From Felis catus (Eukaryota), in contig NC_058368.1 in the NCBI RefSeq assembly GCF_018350175.1, positions 209,128,001 through 209,192,000 of the forward strand: a stretch of 64,000 nucleotides of DNA, written 5' to 3'. The notes under the pieces were generated by a model, which saw only the letters and a list, made by a program, of their open reading frames with translations, had not been told where the DNA came from and searched no databases. Both the position numbers and the translations under genes were made by a program. This document shows, piece after piece, positions 1 through 12,722 of the stretch. Position 1 is the first letter of the stretch, and every line of letters begins with the position of its first letter.

Positions 1-495
1 AAAAATAAATTAAAAACGTTGAAAAAAAAAATTTTTTTAAAGTCCGTTTCTTGATTTGTTCCTCTCTCTCTCTCTCTCTTTTTTCCCCTTCAGCATTTAA
101 CATTTTAACAAGCCCTTCAGATGGTTCTGAACTTTGGTAAGTAATACATAATATGCTATACAGCACTTAGAAAGAATATAGTAAAATGCATGATAGTGAT
201 ATTAAAAATCTCCAAGCAATATTGTGAATTGAAAAACAAAAACAAATTATGGAATAACAACCATCTGATATCACTTATGAAAACAAATATAGTATATACT
301 CTTTTGATGGGTATATTTGTTGATGACTACAATTTAAAAAACCTTAAAGAATAAGGACCATAATGAAAACTGTGAGAAACCCTGGGAAAGAGATTTTTAA
401 AAAGATAATCAAAGAAGAACTTAAGTTTTATCTGTAATGTTTTAATTTCTTCATAAGAACATAACTTAATGTATTAATTAATTTAAATGTTTTAG

Positions 496-730
496 GAGGA
501 TCTGGGTGGCTCAGTCGGTTAAGCATCTGACTTTTGATTTCAGCTCAGGTCATGATCTTGGGAGTCATGAGACTAAGTCCCATGCAGGGCTCCTCACTGG
601 GTATGGAGCCTGCTTAAGATTCTTTCTCTCTCTCTCCCTCTCTCTCTCTCTCCCCCCCCCCCACCTTTCCCCCATCTGCTCCTCCTCTGCTCGCAGTCCC
701 TCTCTCAAAAGAAGAGAAAATGTTTTAAAA
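496..730 (+). mobile_element. CanSINE (older subfamily)
   Basis: tRNA-derived head GGGTGGCTCAGTCGGTTAAGCATCTGAC, CT-rich tract, A-rich tail. Confidence 0.85.
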
Positions 731-1225
731 AGAAAAGAAAGAATATCCATTTTTAAATGGGCAGAAGATAAGGAATTCTTAATATTTTACTTCATCCATA
801 TTTTTTTGCATAGAGGATACACCTGAAGGATCTGTCAGCCCAAGGATTCGAACTCTTGAGCTTACATACATAATTACTGATAATCTGTGAAGAAATAAAG
901 AAAGCAAAAGGTGCCGAGCAGACTGGATTAGAGAAAATGCAGTACTGATGATTTTCACTAAATGGAACAAAGAAACACTTTAGAAACTAGAGATCCACAA
1001 ATCTAATATTGTGGCTGGCTGGGCGAACGTCCAAAACAAATTATTAAACATACTTCAAATTACCAAAATGGAAGATGCATCAAAGAGAGGTTGAATAACA
1101 AAAAAAGAAAAGCATTTTGAAAAATTTTATTTTTATCCTGGTAGATCAAGAAAACATTTTACTTCAAAGTATTTTTAAGGTGTCCCAGGGAAATGAGACC
1201 AAGTTCAAGAATACTAAGAAATTCA

Positions 1226-1597
1226 GGGGCGCCTGGGTAGCTCAGTCGGTTAAGTATCTGACTCTTGGTTTCAGTTCAGATCATGATCTCACGGTTCGTG
1301 AGATGGAGCTCTGCATCAGACTCTGCACTGACAGTGCAGGGCCTGTTTAGAATTCTCTCTCTTTAGTTCTCCCTACCCCACCCCTGCTCTCTCTCTCAAA
1401 ATAAATAAAATAAAACATTAAAAAAAATAAGGGGCACCTGGGTGGCTCAGTGGGCTAAGCATCTGACTTCGGCTCAGCTCATGATCTCACAGTTCCTAAG
1501 TTCAAGCCCTGCGTCAGGCTCTGTGCTGAGAGCTCAGAGCCTGGAGCCTGCTTTGTATTCTCTGTCTCCCACTCTCTCTGCCCCTCCCCCACTCGCA

Positions 1598-1637
<40 letters not shown>

Positions 1638-1675
1638 AATAAATAAACATTGAAAAAAAATTAAAAAAACAAAAA
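1226..1675 (+). mobile_element. Two stacked CanSINEs inside one TSD
   Basis: Heads at ~1226 and ~1431; TSD aagaatactaa(g/a)aaattca at 1207-1225 and 1676-1694. Confidence 0.9.
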
Positions 1676-2136
1676 AAGAATACTAAAAAATTCATCAGAG
1701 ATGCCCAAAATTCAAAACACCTTATCTCAGTCTCACTCCTAGCCTTAGGACTTCTGCCTCCTATCCTGAATGGCTATGGGGGTCTTTGTGTGAATGCCTG
1801 TTTGGCAGCCACTTACTCACCATGGTGAATAGATGGTCTAAAAGTGATACAATATGCTTTTTATACCTTCAAGACAATCAACAAACTCCTTAAAGTTTTC
1901 TTTGCAGACAATATAAGAACAACGTAGATGAGTAACACAGGGTATGGAAAAATTTGGCTGAGTAACCAATGTATATAGATTCTCATAGGCATGAGCAATT
2001 TCATCTAAAGGGTTGTCTCACAGATAACATAAAAACAAAGGCTTCTAATAGCATACCAAGTCTGACTCTGCCATATTCAACCAGCATCGACTGAATAACA
2101 ACTTACTGCACATTTATCACATCTGCAATTGGCAAA

Positions 2137-2164
2137 AACAACAACAACAACAACAACAACAACA
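2137..2164 (+). repeat. (AAC)n microsatellite
   Basis: About 9 AAC units read directly. Confidence 0.9.
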
Positions 2165-2369
2165 GTTTGATCATTAATATGTCAGATGTCAGAATCTAAA
2201 ACTGGAACAATTAGCTAACAAAATACAGAGAATAAAATTGAATGCCAAAAAAGTAAACACCTCTACTGCACTGCACTTTTTTACTTAAAATTCTAATGTA
2301 TATTTAATTTAATGTTATATAATATATAGACACACATGAACACACGGACAAATTTAGCAAATATCATTT

Positions 2370-2440
2370 GCAGCAGGTAAGGCCTAAAATACTTACTGGC
2401 CCTTTACAGAAAAATTTTGCCAACTCCCGGTCTTGACCAG
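2370..2440 (+). mobile_element. MER58-like hAT-Charlie terminal fragment
   Basis: cctaaaatacttactggccctttacagaaaaattttgccaactcc resembles the recalled MER58 end. Confidence 0.6.
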
Positions 2441-2619
2441 TAAGTCTTTTCTCAAAAATATGTTCTATCTTTGATTTTGAGTATAAAATTCAAAGACATT
2501 AGGTAAACAGTCTGTAATGTTAAATTTAAATTGGAGCAGGTGGGCCAGGATACTCCCTGAGGCAGGCAGCAGGCAGCGAGGGTCCAGAGGACATGGACAG
2601 TGGCTAGCATGAGCTAAGA

Positions 2620-3070
2620 GTGGCTGGCTTCACCTCTTGAGGTATTCATCCCCAAGACCCATAATTCCAGTCTAAACCATGGGAAAAAAAAAAAAAAAGC
2701 ATAAAAAAACAAATCAAGAAACACTCTAGAAAATACCTGACCAGAACCCCTCAAAACTATCAAGGTCATGAAAAATAAGGAAAGACTGAGAAATCATCAT
2801 AAACCAGAGAAGACTGAAGAGATAGGAAGAATAAATGTAATGTGTATTGTGAAAGGCATATTAGTGGAAAAAACAGTGAAATCCAAATATAATTTGGGTT
2901 TTGGTTAATATTAATGTACCAACATTGGTTTACTTGTCATAAATGTACCATGGTAATGTAAGACATTAACAACAGAAGAAACTGAGTTAGGGGTATACCT
3001 GAACTGTGGACTATCTTTGCAGCTTTTCTATGAATTAAATATATTCTGAAGTTAAACTTTACTAAAATTT
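2620..3070 (+). mobile_element. Ancient L1MC/L1MD-type 3' UTR fragment
   Basis: Motifs ctcaaaactatcaaggtcatgaaaaataaggaaagactgagaa and aaatgtaccatggtaatgtaagacattaac. Confidence 0.7.
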
Positions 3071-3108
3071 GAAATGGCAATATCAATATGATCTTGTCAC
3101 TTAAACAT

Positions 3109-3111
<3 letters not shown>

Positions 3112-3146
<35 letters not shown>
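3112..3146 (+). repeat. (AC)n microsatellite
   Basis: About 17 AC units. Confidence 0.95.
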
Positions 3147-3148
<2 letters not shown>

Positions 3149-3685
3149 GTATTTTCCACCTCTTTCCACTGAAAAGGTCAAAAAGGAATGATACCCCACT
3201 ATTAATGAGCAGGTATAACATTCAGATTTGGTCTCTAAATACCATTAAAAAAAAAAAAAAAAAAAAAAAAAGGTCTCCCAGGGAAATGCTGACTCTAGGA
3301 CTTAGAAAGGAAGTACCAGAAAGCTTGCATCATGTTATGCCAGAAAATAAGTAAGCTTTTAAAGTCTAATGAATACATGTAAAACTACATAGCAATCAGG
3401 GACTCCCCTGGCCAAATCTGGGACAATTTAAGCATCAGAAAAGAATAATGACTGCAATTGACTGGAACACATGAAAATTTTTAAATCATAAATACTGACA
3501 CTCAAAAAGGAAAAAGAAAAAAGAAAAAAAATCACCACCAATAACAGCAACAACTCATTTATCACCACCAACCCCTGAACTGAAAATGGGTAATTAAAGA
3601 AATAACCAAGTATTTATCCTGCCTTTACAGTAGGAACTATATTTTAGGGTGATCAAATAACATCAGTTAATAAGGAAAAGATCTT

Positions 3686-5118
3686 TGGCACAAAAACAGA
3701 CACTCAGAACAGAATAGAGAACCCAGAAATGGACCCACAAATGTATAGCCAACTAATCTTTGAATATCCAATGGAATAAAGACAGTCTCTTCAGCAAGTG
3801 GTGCTGGGAAAACTGGACAGCAACATGCAGAAGAATGAACCTGGACCACTTTCTGACACCAGACACAAAAATAAACTCAAAATGGATGAAAAGCCTAAAT
3901 GTAAGACAGGAAGCCATCAAAATCCTCGAGGAGGAAGCAGGCTAAAACCTCTTTGACCTTGGCCACAGCAACTTCTTACTCAACACGTCTCCAGAGGCAA
4001 GGGAAACAAAAGCAAAAATGAACTATTGGGTCTTCATCGAAATAAAAGGCTTCTGCACAGCGAACGAAACAGCAAAACTAAAAGGCAACCAATGGAATTG
4101 GAGAAGATATTTGCAAACGACATATCAGATAAAGGATTAGTATCCAAAATCTATACAGAAATTATCAAACTCAACACCCAAAAAACAAATAATCCAGTGA
4201 AGAAATGGCAGAAAACATGAACAGACACTTCTCCAAAGACATCCAGATGGCCAACCGACACATGAAAAAATGCTCAACATCAGTCATCAACAGGGAAATA
4301 CAAATTAAAACTACAATAAGATATCACCTCACACCTGTCAGAATGGCTAACATTAACAACTCTGGCAACAACAGATGTTGGCAAGGATGCGGAGAAAGAG
4401 GATCTCTTTTGCACTGCCAGTGGGAATGCAAACTGGTGCAGCCACTCTGGAAAACAGTATGGAGGTTCCTCAAAAGTGAAAAATAGAACTACCCTACAAC
4501 CCAGCAACTGCCCTACTAGGTATTTATCCAAGGGATACAACTGTGCTGTTTCAAAAGGGCACATGCACCCCAACGTTTATAGCCTATCGACAATAGCCAA
4601 AGTATGGAAAGAGCCCAAATGTCCACGGACAGATGAATGGATAGATGTGGTATTTTTATACAATGGAATATTACTCAGCAATCAAAAAGAATGAAATCTT
4701 GCCATTTGCAGCTACATGGATGGAACTGGATGGTTTTACGCTAAGCAAAATTAGAGAAAGACAAATATATGACTTCACTCATATGAAGAATTTAAGAGAC
4801 AAAACAGATGAACACAAAGGAAACAAAAATAATATAAAAACAGGAGGGGGACAAAATGTAAAAGACTCTTAAATATAGAGAACAAACGGAGGGTTGCTGG
4901 AGGGATTGTGGGAGGGGGGATGGGCTAAGTGGAAGACATTTGTTGGGATGAGCACTGGGTGTGGTACACAGGGGATGAATCACTGGAATCTACTCCTGAA
5001 ATCATTGTTGCACTATATGCTAACTAACTTGTAAATTTAAAAATTAATTAATTAATATTTAAAAGTTTTTTTAATATTAAAAATTAAAATTTTTTTTAAT
5101 TTTTAAAAATTAAAAATT
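3686..5118 (+). mobile_element. Felid/carnivore L1, 5'-truncated: frameshifted ORF2 C-terminus, 3' UTR and AT tail
   Basis: ORF-track pieces [65 protein letters not shown] are L1 ORF2p motifs spread across frames. It interrupts an older L1MC-type 3' UTR (~3160-3685 and ~5120-6030). Confidence 0.93.
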
Positions 5119-6481
5119 ACTTGTGGACACTCTTTTAGAAGAGTATCCACAAATAAATGTAGATGAAATAATGGAATTTAGAAAATCACCAACTTACAAC
5201 CCTCAATGACATAACTGATTCAGGTACGAATAAGCAATGGATGCTAAACTTATGAAGTGAAGGGATGAGGAGAATGCAGATATTTCCATGCTACCAAGTA
5301 TCTCCCCACAAAGTCCTTGCCTATCTCGAGTATATAATACTAACTTCACAATGGAGGAATCAAATGTCACCAACTTAATCCAGGAATTAATCTTAACTGC
5401 TAGTCACAAATAGCAGCAACAACTAGACAATACATGCCACTTGATGTGATACAATGTAGATTACAATCGAGCCTTTGGCCCTTCTATCGGAAATGCCGGA
5501 GACAAAGAAATAAATTAAATGATACCATAACGAAGCAATTAGAAAATTCAGGGAGGAAGAACCTTATAGAGGACAACTGGACCTGTTTAATAAAGTCATG
5601 GGAAAGAAAATGGTTTGGAAAGAGACACTGTTCTAGATTAAAAGATATGCCAGAGACGGACAAAAGAAATGGGATATGTATTACTTGATTGGATCCATAT
5701 TTGACAAGCCAGCATTACGACACATATGAGGATAAACTGGGGAAATTTAAATATGGAATGATTATTAGAAATATTAAGTTCTAAAGAATTTTGTTAGAAT
5801 AATTGGAGCTGTATTTATATAGGGAAATGTCTATATTTTTTAAAGATTCATGAGGAATTATTTCAAAGTGAAAGCTATGTATGTCTTTACTTTTAAATAC
5901 TTCAAAGATTACAAAAATGAGATGAAGCAAAGAAAAAAAATGTAACCGTTAAATCTAGGTAGAAAATGGCTATTTCACTAATCTCTCTACTTTCCTCCAT
6001 GTTTGAAATTTTTCACAGTAAAAAGTAAATTACAGATGGATATATAAAGAGATAATAAAATACACGTTAAGTAATATACATATTGTCATAAAAAGTAGAG
6101 TCACATTACTTAGAGATTAGGGACAAATAATAGCAAAGTTAAACCGTCCTCATGATTTAAAATAGGAACATTCACAAAATGTTTGCAGTACTAGAGTTTA
6201 TGTTAATCTTGTATGGATTGTCAAGAATTCTGTTTATTCCCATCTACCCTTTGATAGTTCACTATGACATGTAGGATGTAATAATTTAATTATGGAAGAG
6301 AAAATAAGCTTTTTCTTGGGCTTTTCTGCATTTTCAATTACAACAGTGTAGCAGATGACACAGTTTAGTAATAGAGTAGTGGCTTGAGACTCATAAGGCA
6401 CGATTCTATTCAGAGCTGATCATTAATCGAGAACTGGATAATCCCGAACAAGTGAATTTATACTTGTAAAAGCAAAGGGGA

Positions 6482-7275
6482 GGGGCGCATGGGTGGCTAA
6501 GCCGGTTAAGCATCTGACTCTAGATTACAGCTCAGGGCATGATCTCACAGTTCATGAGGCTGTCAGAGCAGAGCCTGCTTGGGGTTCTCTCCTGTCCCTC
6601 TGTCTCTCTCTTAAAATAAACAAATAAATATTAAAAAAGAAAAAAGCAGAAGGGGAACACAATCCCTATACAAACCAAGAGAATACCATATAGGAATAAA
6701 GGTTATAACATTGTATTTTTAAAAAGTCATCATACTGGGGCGCTGGGTGGCTCACTCAGTCGAGCGTCCGACTTCAGCTCGGATCATGAGCTCACAGTCA
6801 GTGAGTTAGAGCCCCACGTTCAGCTCTGTGCTGACAGCTCAGAGCCTGGAGCCTGCTTCAGACTGTGTCTCCCTCCCTCTCTGCCCATCCCCTACTCACA
6901 CTCTCTCTCTCTCTCTCTCAAAACTGAATGTTAAAAAAAAAAATTTTTTTTAAGTCATCATACTAACTCAAGATACCAAATTAACTATTTTAAATAATGA
7001 GAGCTTTATTAAATACAGCCATCACTGGGAATATCCTGTTTTTAAAATTTTGTTTTCCGGGGCATCTGAGTGGCTCAGTCAGTTAAGCGTCTGACTTTGG
7101 CTCAGGTCATGATCTCACGGTTCTTGAGTTTGAGCCCCGCATCGGGCTCTGTGCTGACAGCTCAGAGCCTGCATCAGATTCTGTGTCTCCCTCTCTCTCT
7201 GCCCCTCCCCAGCTTGGACTCTGTCTCTCTCTCTCTCTCTCTCAAAAATAAATAAACACTAAAAAAAAAAATTTT
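6482..7275 (+). mobile_element. Three CanSINEs (~6482-6640, 6737-6951, 7059-7275)
   Basis: SINE heads and tails; the middle copy has perfect TSD aagtcatcatact (6724-6736 / 6952-6964). Confidence 0.9.
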
Positions 7276-8024
7276 CCAGCTAAATCCTTTCCAACTAATC
7301 AGAGATCTATGTTCACTTAGGGAACCCTCAAATCTTTACTGAAGATAGCTTAAGAGTTATGACTTCAAAATTTACAAATCAGTATGATCTATACAAAACT
7401 GGCCAGAGCCACATTTAGAAACAAACTCCATTCATGCAAGAGTAGAAAATTGGGCCTCTATTAATTTCATCTAATTCACATATCTTGAATGTACTTACAT
7501 TTAGTCAATAAGAGCTCATTTCCAACATACATTATGCAAGTTAACAAAATATCAGTTTCACCAATAAAAATCTATTTTTGATATCCAATGTACTAACAGA
7601 TCAGATGTGGTCAAAAACAGAAAAAAAGAGGGTAGCTGTGGTAACAACCTGTAAAGCCCTTTCTGATATAATGCTAGCTGGCCATACCTACACAATGGAG
7701 CACTGACTAGCACCTGGTTATTGGCTTAACATACATCATACACATATATGTAACATTTCATGGTATTTACTGGAGTATTAAAATAAACTAGGAAAGGTAA
7801 TAATCTCTAAATACAAATATTTTTTACAAAACAACAAAAGACTGAAAATGTCTTTAAAGTTTTCATGGTTTAATGAAACTAAAGGAGAGAAACTTAAGGT
7901 ACATTTTTCTTTCATTTGAATAATGAAGGTAAATACAGTCATATAAACGGTGTATTTTCCTACAAAGCATTATAGATGGAAATATGTCTGCAAATATGAA
8001 GGCATTAAGTTGTGCAATACATAC

Positions 8025-8158
8025 CATTCACAGGGCTGAAGGGATCGAAATGCCTTAAAAGAGGCATCCATTCCAGCAAAATCCCAAAACTTAACATCAT
8101 AGTCATATCCTCCAGTCACCAAACGGGCACCTGAGGGATCCAGACCCAAAGCAGAAAC
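8025..8158 (-). CDS. WDR70: WDR70 coding exon (probably exon 7), 134 nt, first WD40 repeat
   Basis: Acceptor attttttacag|GTT; donor GAATG|gtatgt. Encodes VSALGLDPSGARLVTGGYDYDVKFWDFAGMDASFKAFRSLQPCE(C), with the WD40 signature LVTGGYDxxVKFWD. Confidence 0.97.
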
Positions 8159-9430
8159 CTGTAAAAAATAATAATAATAATTAACTGGAGAAAAGCTACT
8201 TATGTTCTATAATAACCTGCATTTTCTTTCTCTAACCTTACCTCTTATAGGTATTGGAAGTACAGACCACAAGCTGTTGTTACTTCTAAAAAGTGGAACT
8301 GGATAGCATCTTCTATATTATTTGACTTTGTTACTATTACGAATATTATTTCTTTTGAAATAAAATAATATTGTAACTTAATGTAATCGCCAGCTTTGTC
8401 CCAATTTATCTACCAAACCCCATAAATAATTCAGCTTTTTTAAATAAAAAAGATTTTAAGGAAACCTTTTGAAATATTTTAACTACCACTAACTAAATAC
8501 CACATGAATCTAAAATTACCAAAATGAGAAAATGCCAATGGGAATGTTAAGAAATCTATTTAATCAAGTAGGACAAAGTAGAAATTATTTTCTTCTGTAT
8601 ATGGCTAACTGACTCAATATGATCACCTTAAACAATTATTTTTAAAGCTGAATTTATAAGTGACTAACTACATTATAATAGCACTTTTATATTGGTTCCA
8701 AAAGATAACTGCCTTCCCCATGAACTTTCCTAGGTCCAATGCACATGTGAGTGTCCAACTGGTAACCTACTATTCTTAAGAAGGAAGTCCCTGAATCTAC
8801 TTCCCTCTCAGAAGGAAAAAAAAAATGCATTAGAAATAATTAATGTGTAAAACAAAACAAAAAACAGAACAAAAGAATTAATATGTGGAATGAAAACAAC
8901 AAAAAAAGAAATAATGTGATTACTGTATATATGAGAGAGTAAAAGGATCAAAGTTTCATATAAAGGAAGCAACTATAAATCAGTTCTCCTAATACCCTTG
9001 GAATGTTATTAAATGTAATAGAATTACTGCAATTAAAACCAGATAGTTACAAAATAATTTATACTCACTTCAGTCACCACCTATAAACACTGATTTCAGA
9101 AGATAAGGGAATTATACATGAACATAATTAATAAATTATACGTTTAAATTAGATACGTACCACTTTAAATGTGTCAAAGAAAGCATACAAATGAGAACTA
9201 AGTCATTTTTTATGTCTGAACAATTATGTATCTTAAAACCTACAACAACAAAAACCAAAAATAAACAGTAGCTTTCGAAGTCTAAGAAGTGACTCCTGCT
9301 ACTACCAACCACAAACTTACTTGCCCCCATGCCCATTCTATCTTTCCACCCTCCTATTACAATTAAAAGGGTGCCTTCTTCCTGATATGACTGACCACAC
9401 CAGTGTTCATCCCATTACAGTACAATTCGA

Positions 9431-9452
9431 TAACCCTAACCCTAACCCTAAC
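9431..9452 (+). repeat. Short telomere-type repeat (TAACCC)3TAAC
   Basis: taaccctaaccctaaccctaac read directly. Confidence 0.9.
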
Positions 9453-10582
9453 TGCAAATTCATTTGTGGCTTGTCTCTTCCCTGCCTGTCCTCCCCGCAA
9501 GGGTGGAAGCTCCTCCTCCTTGCTCCAATCGTCAGTGTGGAGCAGCAGGGGCAAAGGCCTGCAGTCAGGGTGGGAGAACTAATGGCTGGCTGACTGGCTG
9601 CAGGCATCCTTGGTTGAGTCCTCCTGGGGAAGCGGAAAGGCCTGTAGGGAGCCAGCAGCCTCCAAATTCCAGGGAGTTGTTTGGAGTTCAGTGCAAGCTG
9701 GGAAGAATGTGCTCAAAAGGAAACCTGGAAAGAAGCAGCTCTTCCCCTAAAAAGTGTTCTTTGCCCTGGCTGTGAATTCTTTCATTAAGAAAGAGAAATT
9801 AACAGTATGTCACTATGTTAATGAAAGGAGAGGTAGACGTTGACTCATGACTTTGACCCAAATTACATACGGCCTTTAACAAAGTTGGAACTGGATTTCT
9901 GGGGTTTAAAGGAACACAGCTAAGAAATGATTCGGAATATCTGGTAGGAAACAAAGGAAACCATCTCTAGGTCCTGTTAAGGAATGGAAAGGTGGGTATA
10001 TTGGCGGGAGACACTAGAAACGAAAGTACAGGAAACAAAGACTGGCCTCATGTAGAGAACTGGTAAGGCTCAGAAGTAAATATACGGGGATTCCTTTTAG
10101 TATCCTCTATTCTTCTGTGAATGTGTAAATATTTTACAATAACTAGCTGAAAAAACCAACCAGGCAAAAGAGTCACCTTGCTAATCTCCGACATATATAA
10201 GATGAAATAAATGCAGGGCAAAGGCAGGACTGCAAAAAGATCAGGTACCCTAACAGTACAATTAGAAGCTCTGACTTTTAATGTGTAAAACAAGTTGGCA
10301 GTATATTTCTATTTCTTTTTTCAAAGATAAAATTCTACTAAAAAATATAAATATTTAACTAAAACATGCGTGAAACCCATGAACTCATTCAGTAAAAAAT
10401 CTCTCAAGTGACAGGGAAGCTTCTGTTTAAGTACTAATAGTCTGTAATTCCTTTCCTAATTTGCTTAAAAACATGAAAATTAGTAAAATTCCATCATAAT
10501 TTCATAATAAAAATACCAAAAGTCTCATTTCATATAAAGTAGATATAATATCACAAATTAGGTGAAAATGGTTTCTTAAAGC

Positions 10583-11345
10583 AGCAGTTCTCAGAAACTT
10601 TGTTTTTAAGACACTTTACACTATTTAAATCTTTTGAGGACCCCAAAAAGCATTTGTTTATGTGAGTTATGTGTTTCAATATTTACCACAGTAAAAATTT
10701 TAACTAAGACATTTAAAAGTACTTATTGTTCATTTCATTTAAAATAACAATAGGGGTTGGGGCGCCTGGGTGGCTGGGTGGGTTAAGCTTCCGACTTCGG
10801 CTCAGGTCATGATCTCACGGTCCGTGAGTTCGAGCCCCGTGTCGGGCTCTGTGTTGACAGCTCAGAGCCTGGAGCCTGTTTCAGATCTTTGTCTCCCTCT
10901 CTCTCTCTGCCCCTCCCCTGTTCATGCTCTGCCTCTCTCTGTCTCAAATATAAATAAACGTTAAAAAATAAAAATAAATAAAAAATTAAAGGTAAGCCTT
11001 TAAAAAAAATAAAAATAAAAATCAAATAAAATAATAATAGGGGCGCCTGGATGGCTCAGTCAGATGAGCATCAGACTTCGGACTTCGGCTCAGGTCATGC
11101 TCTCACAGCTCTCGTGGGTTCAAGCCCCATTGTCAGGCTTTGCACTGACGGCACAGAGCCTGCTTCGGATTCTCTGTCTCCCTCTCTCTCTGCCCCTGCC
11201 CTGCTTGTGTTCTATCTCTCAAAAATAAACGTCAAAAAATTTTTAATAAATAATGATAAACCCACTATACCGTAACAAATATTTTTATGAAAATAGTATT
11301 TTCAAAGGCAAAACATTTGGCAAGAAGAATGTCACTGTTTTAATA
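10583..11345 (+). mobile_element. Charlie1-like hAT DNA transposon fragment interrupted by two CanSINEs (10759-11027, 11040-11245)
   Basis: Begins cagcagttctc and contains gaggaccccaaaaagcatttgtttatgtg; consensus-like sequence resumes after the SINEs (aaacccactata...ttttatgaaaata). Confidence 0.7.
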
Positions 11346-12078
11346 TCTTTATTAGTTCCATCATTTGTGTAATTTCTGGGTCTATAACTACCGATCCATG
11401 TTTTCCTCATTATGGGGTGTATTTTCCTACTTTCTAGGTGTTAGACACCTAGAAAAAGGCAGTTTCATTGAAAAGAAAAAGCAAGATGATTTTATTCTTT
11501 CATTTGTAATATGTTTCATTCATTCTACTACCACTTTTTAATGGTTTTACAATAAAATGAGTCCATCTTATGACTCAAAATTTTATATTATTAAATCTTT
11601 AAGTAACATAAATATAACAATACAAAAATAGAAATCTGTAATTCTAAGTAATATAACCTTACAACAATACAGTAACTATTTTATGTTCATTTCTTATCTC
11701 AATGTACATCTAAAAAATGAACTCGGGCCTTTTACTGATACAGAAATAAAGCTAAGAGTAATGAGAAATTTTCCCACACCATAAAAAGGAAAACTGTATT
11801 TTAGTTTCATTTCTTTTTTTCACTTGTAATGTTCCTATATCAAAGCAAAAGGTTTTAAAGCCAACAATAACAATGACAATAATAAGTGTTCCTATTTTAA
11901 ATGAAACACAATGGTTATTTTGATTGAATAGAAATGTAATCTTTCTTTTTCTTTAATGTCTATAGCTGTTGTGTTATCAGTTGATTGTATAATTAGCCTT
12001 CATACAAATGTATCATCGGTTCACTTTAACATGAGAGCCTTGTTACTGAAAGGAAAGAATCAAATTTTTCAAACTTAC

Positions 12079-12138
12079 TGTTTTAGTGCCATGCTTTAGA
12101 GTTATTTCATGCGAGTCAGGAATCTTTTGGACAGGATT
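12079..12138 (-). CDS. WDR70: WDR70 coding exon (probably exon 6), 60 nt, phase 0-0
   Basis: Acceptor tttcttttttcag|AAT; donor ACA|gtaagt. Encodes NPVQKIPDSHEITLKHGTKT. Confidence 0.95.
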
Positions 12139-12508
12139 CTGAAAAAAGAAAATTCCATGACATCAATGAGTAACCAATGTATTTAGGGTGTGGGGGGGAA
12201 CTACATAGTACATCTACAGGAGACACAATTTTTAAAAATAGCATCGCTAGCTTTTTAACACAAAGTTTTAAAAAAAAACAGGAAATGAAAATTGTGAAGA
12301 TAGCTTATTTCTGCACTTCTAGATAAATTACAATTGTTGAGCTGATAATAAATTTATATTAAATTTCAAAAAAGATAAACCCAAGAAACTTTTTAGGTTG
12401 TATGAAACCATAAGGTCCTCTCAGCATTCAAAATATTTGAAGTCCTCTCTTCACTGAAAATTGGGCATAATTTAAAGTGCTTATGTACTTAATTTAAAAT
12501 AGGCAACA

Positions 12509-12722
12509 GGGGCATCTGGGTGGCTCAGTCGGTTGGGCATCCGACTTCGGCTCAGGTCATGATCTCACAGCTAATGAGTTCGAGTCCTGTGTCGGGCTCT
12601 GTGCTGACAGCTTGGAACCTGGAGCCTGCTTCAGATTCTATGTCTCCCTCTCTCCCTCTGACCCTCCCCCACTTGTGCTCTCTGTCTCTCAAAAATGAAT
12701 AAATGTATAAAAAAAAATTTTT
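12509..12722 (+). mobile_element. Felid CanSINE
   Basis: Full length; TSD aataggcaaca at 12498-12508 / 12723-12733. Confidence 0.92.

Noticed and set aside
900..1095. Faint resemblance to an ancient RTE-type LINE C-terminus (DWIREN, LWLAGR in different places)
   Set aside because: Too little similarity to support by eye; it needs a Dfam or translated HMM search.
1226..1330. tRNA-like A/B-box sequences as tRNA genes
   Set aside because: Each continues into a SINE body, CT tract and A tail; these are tRNA-derived SINE heads.
3760..4872. L1 ORF2-like ORFs as an active or domesticated gene
   Set aside because: The element is 5'-truncated, with several frameshifts and stops and no endonuclease or RT core.
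9321..9775. Four overlapping ORFs in the GC-richer block
   Set aside because: No recognisable domain or splice support; longer ORFs are expected where GC is higher.
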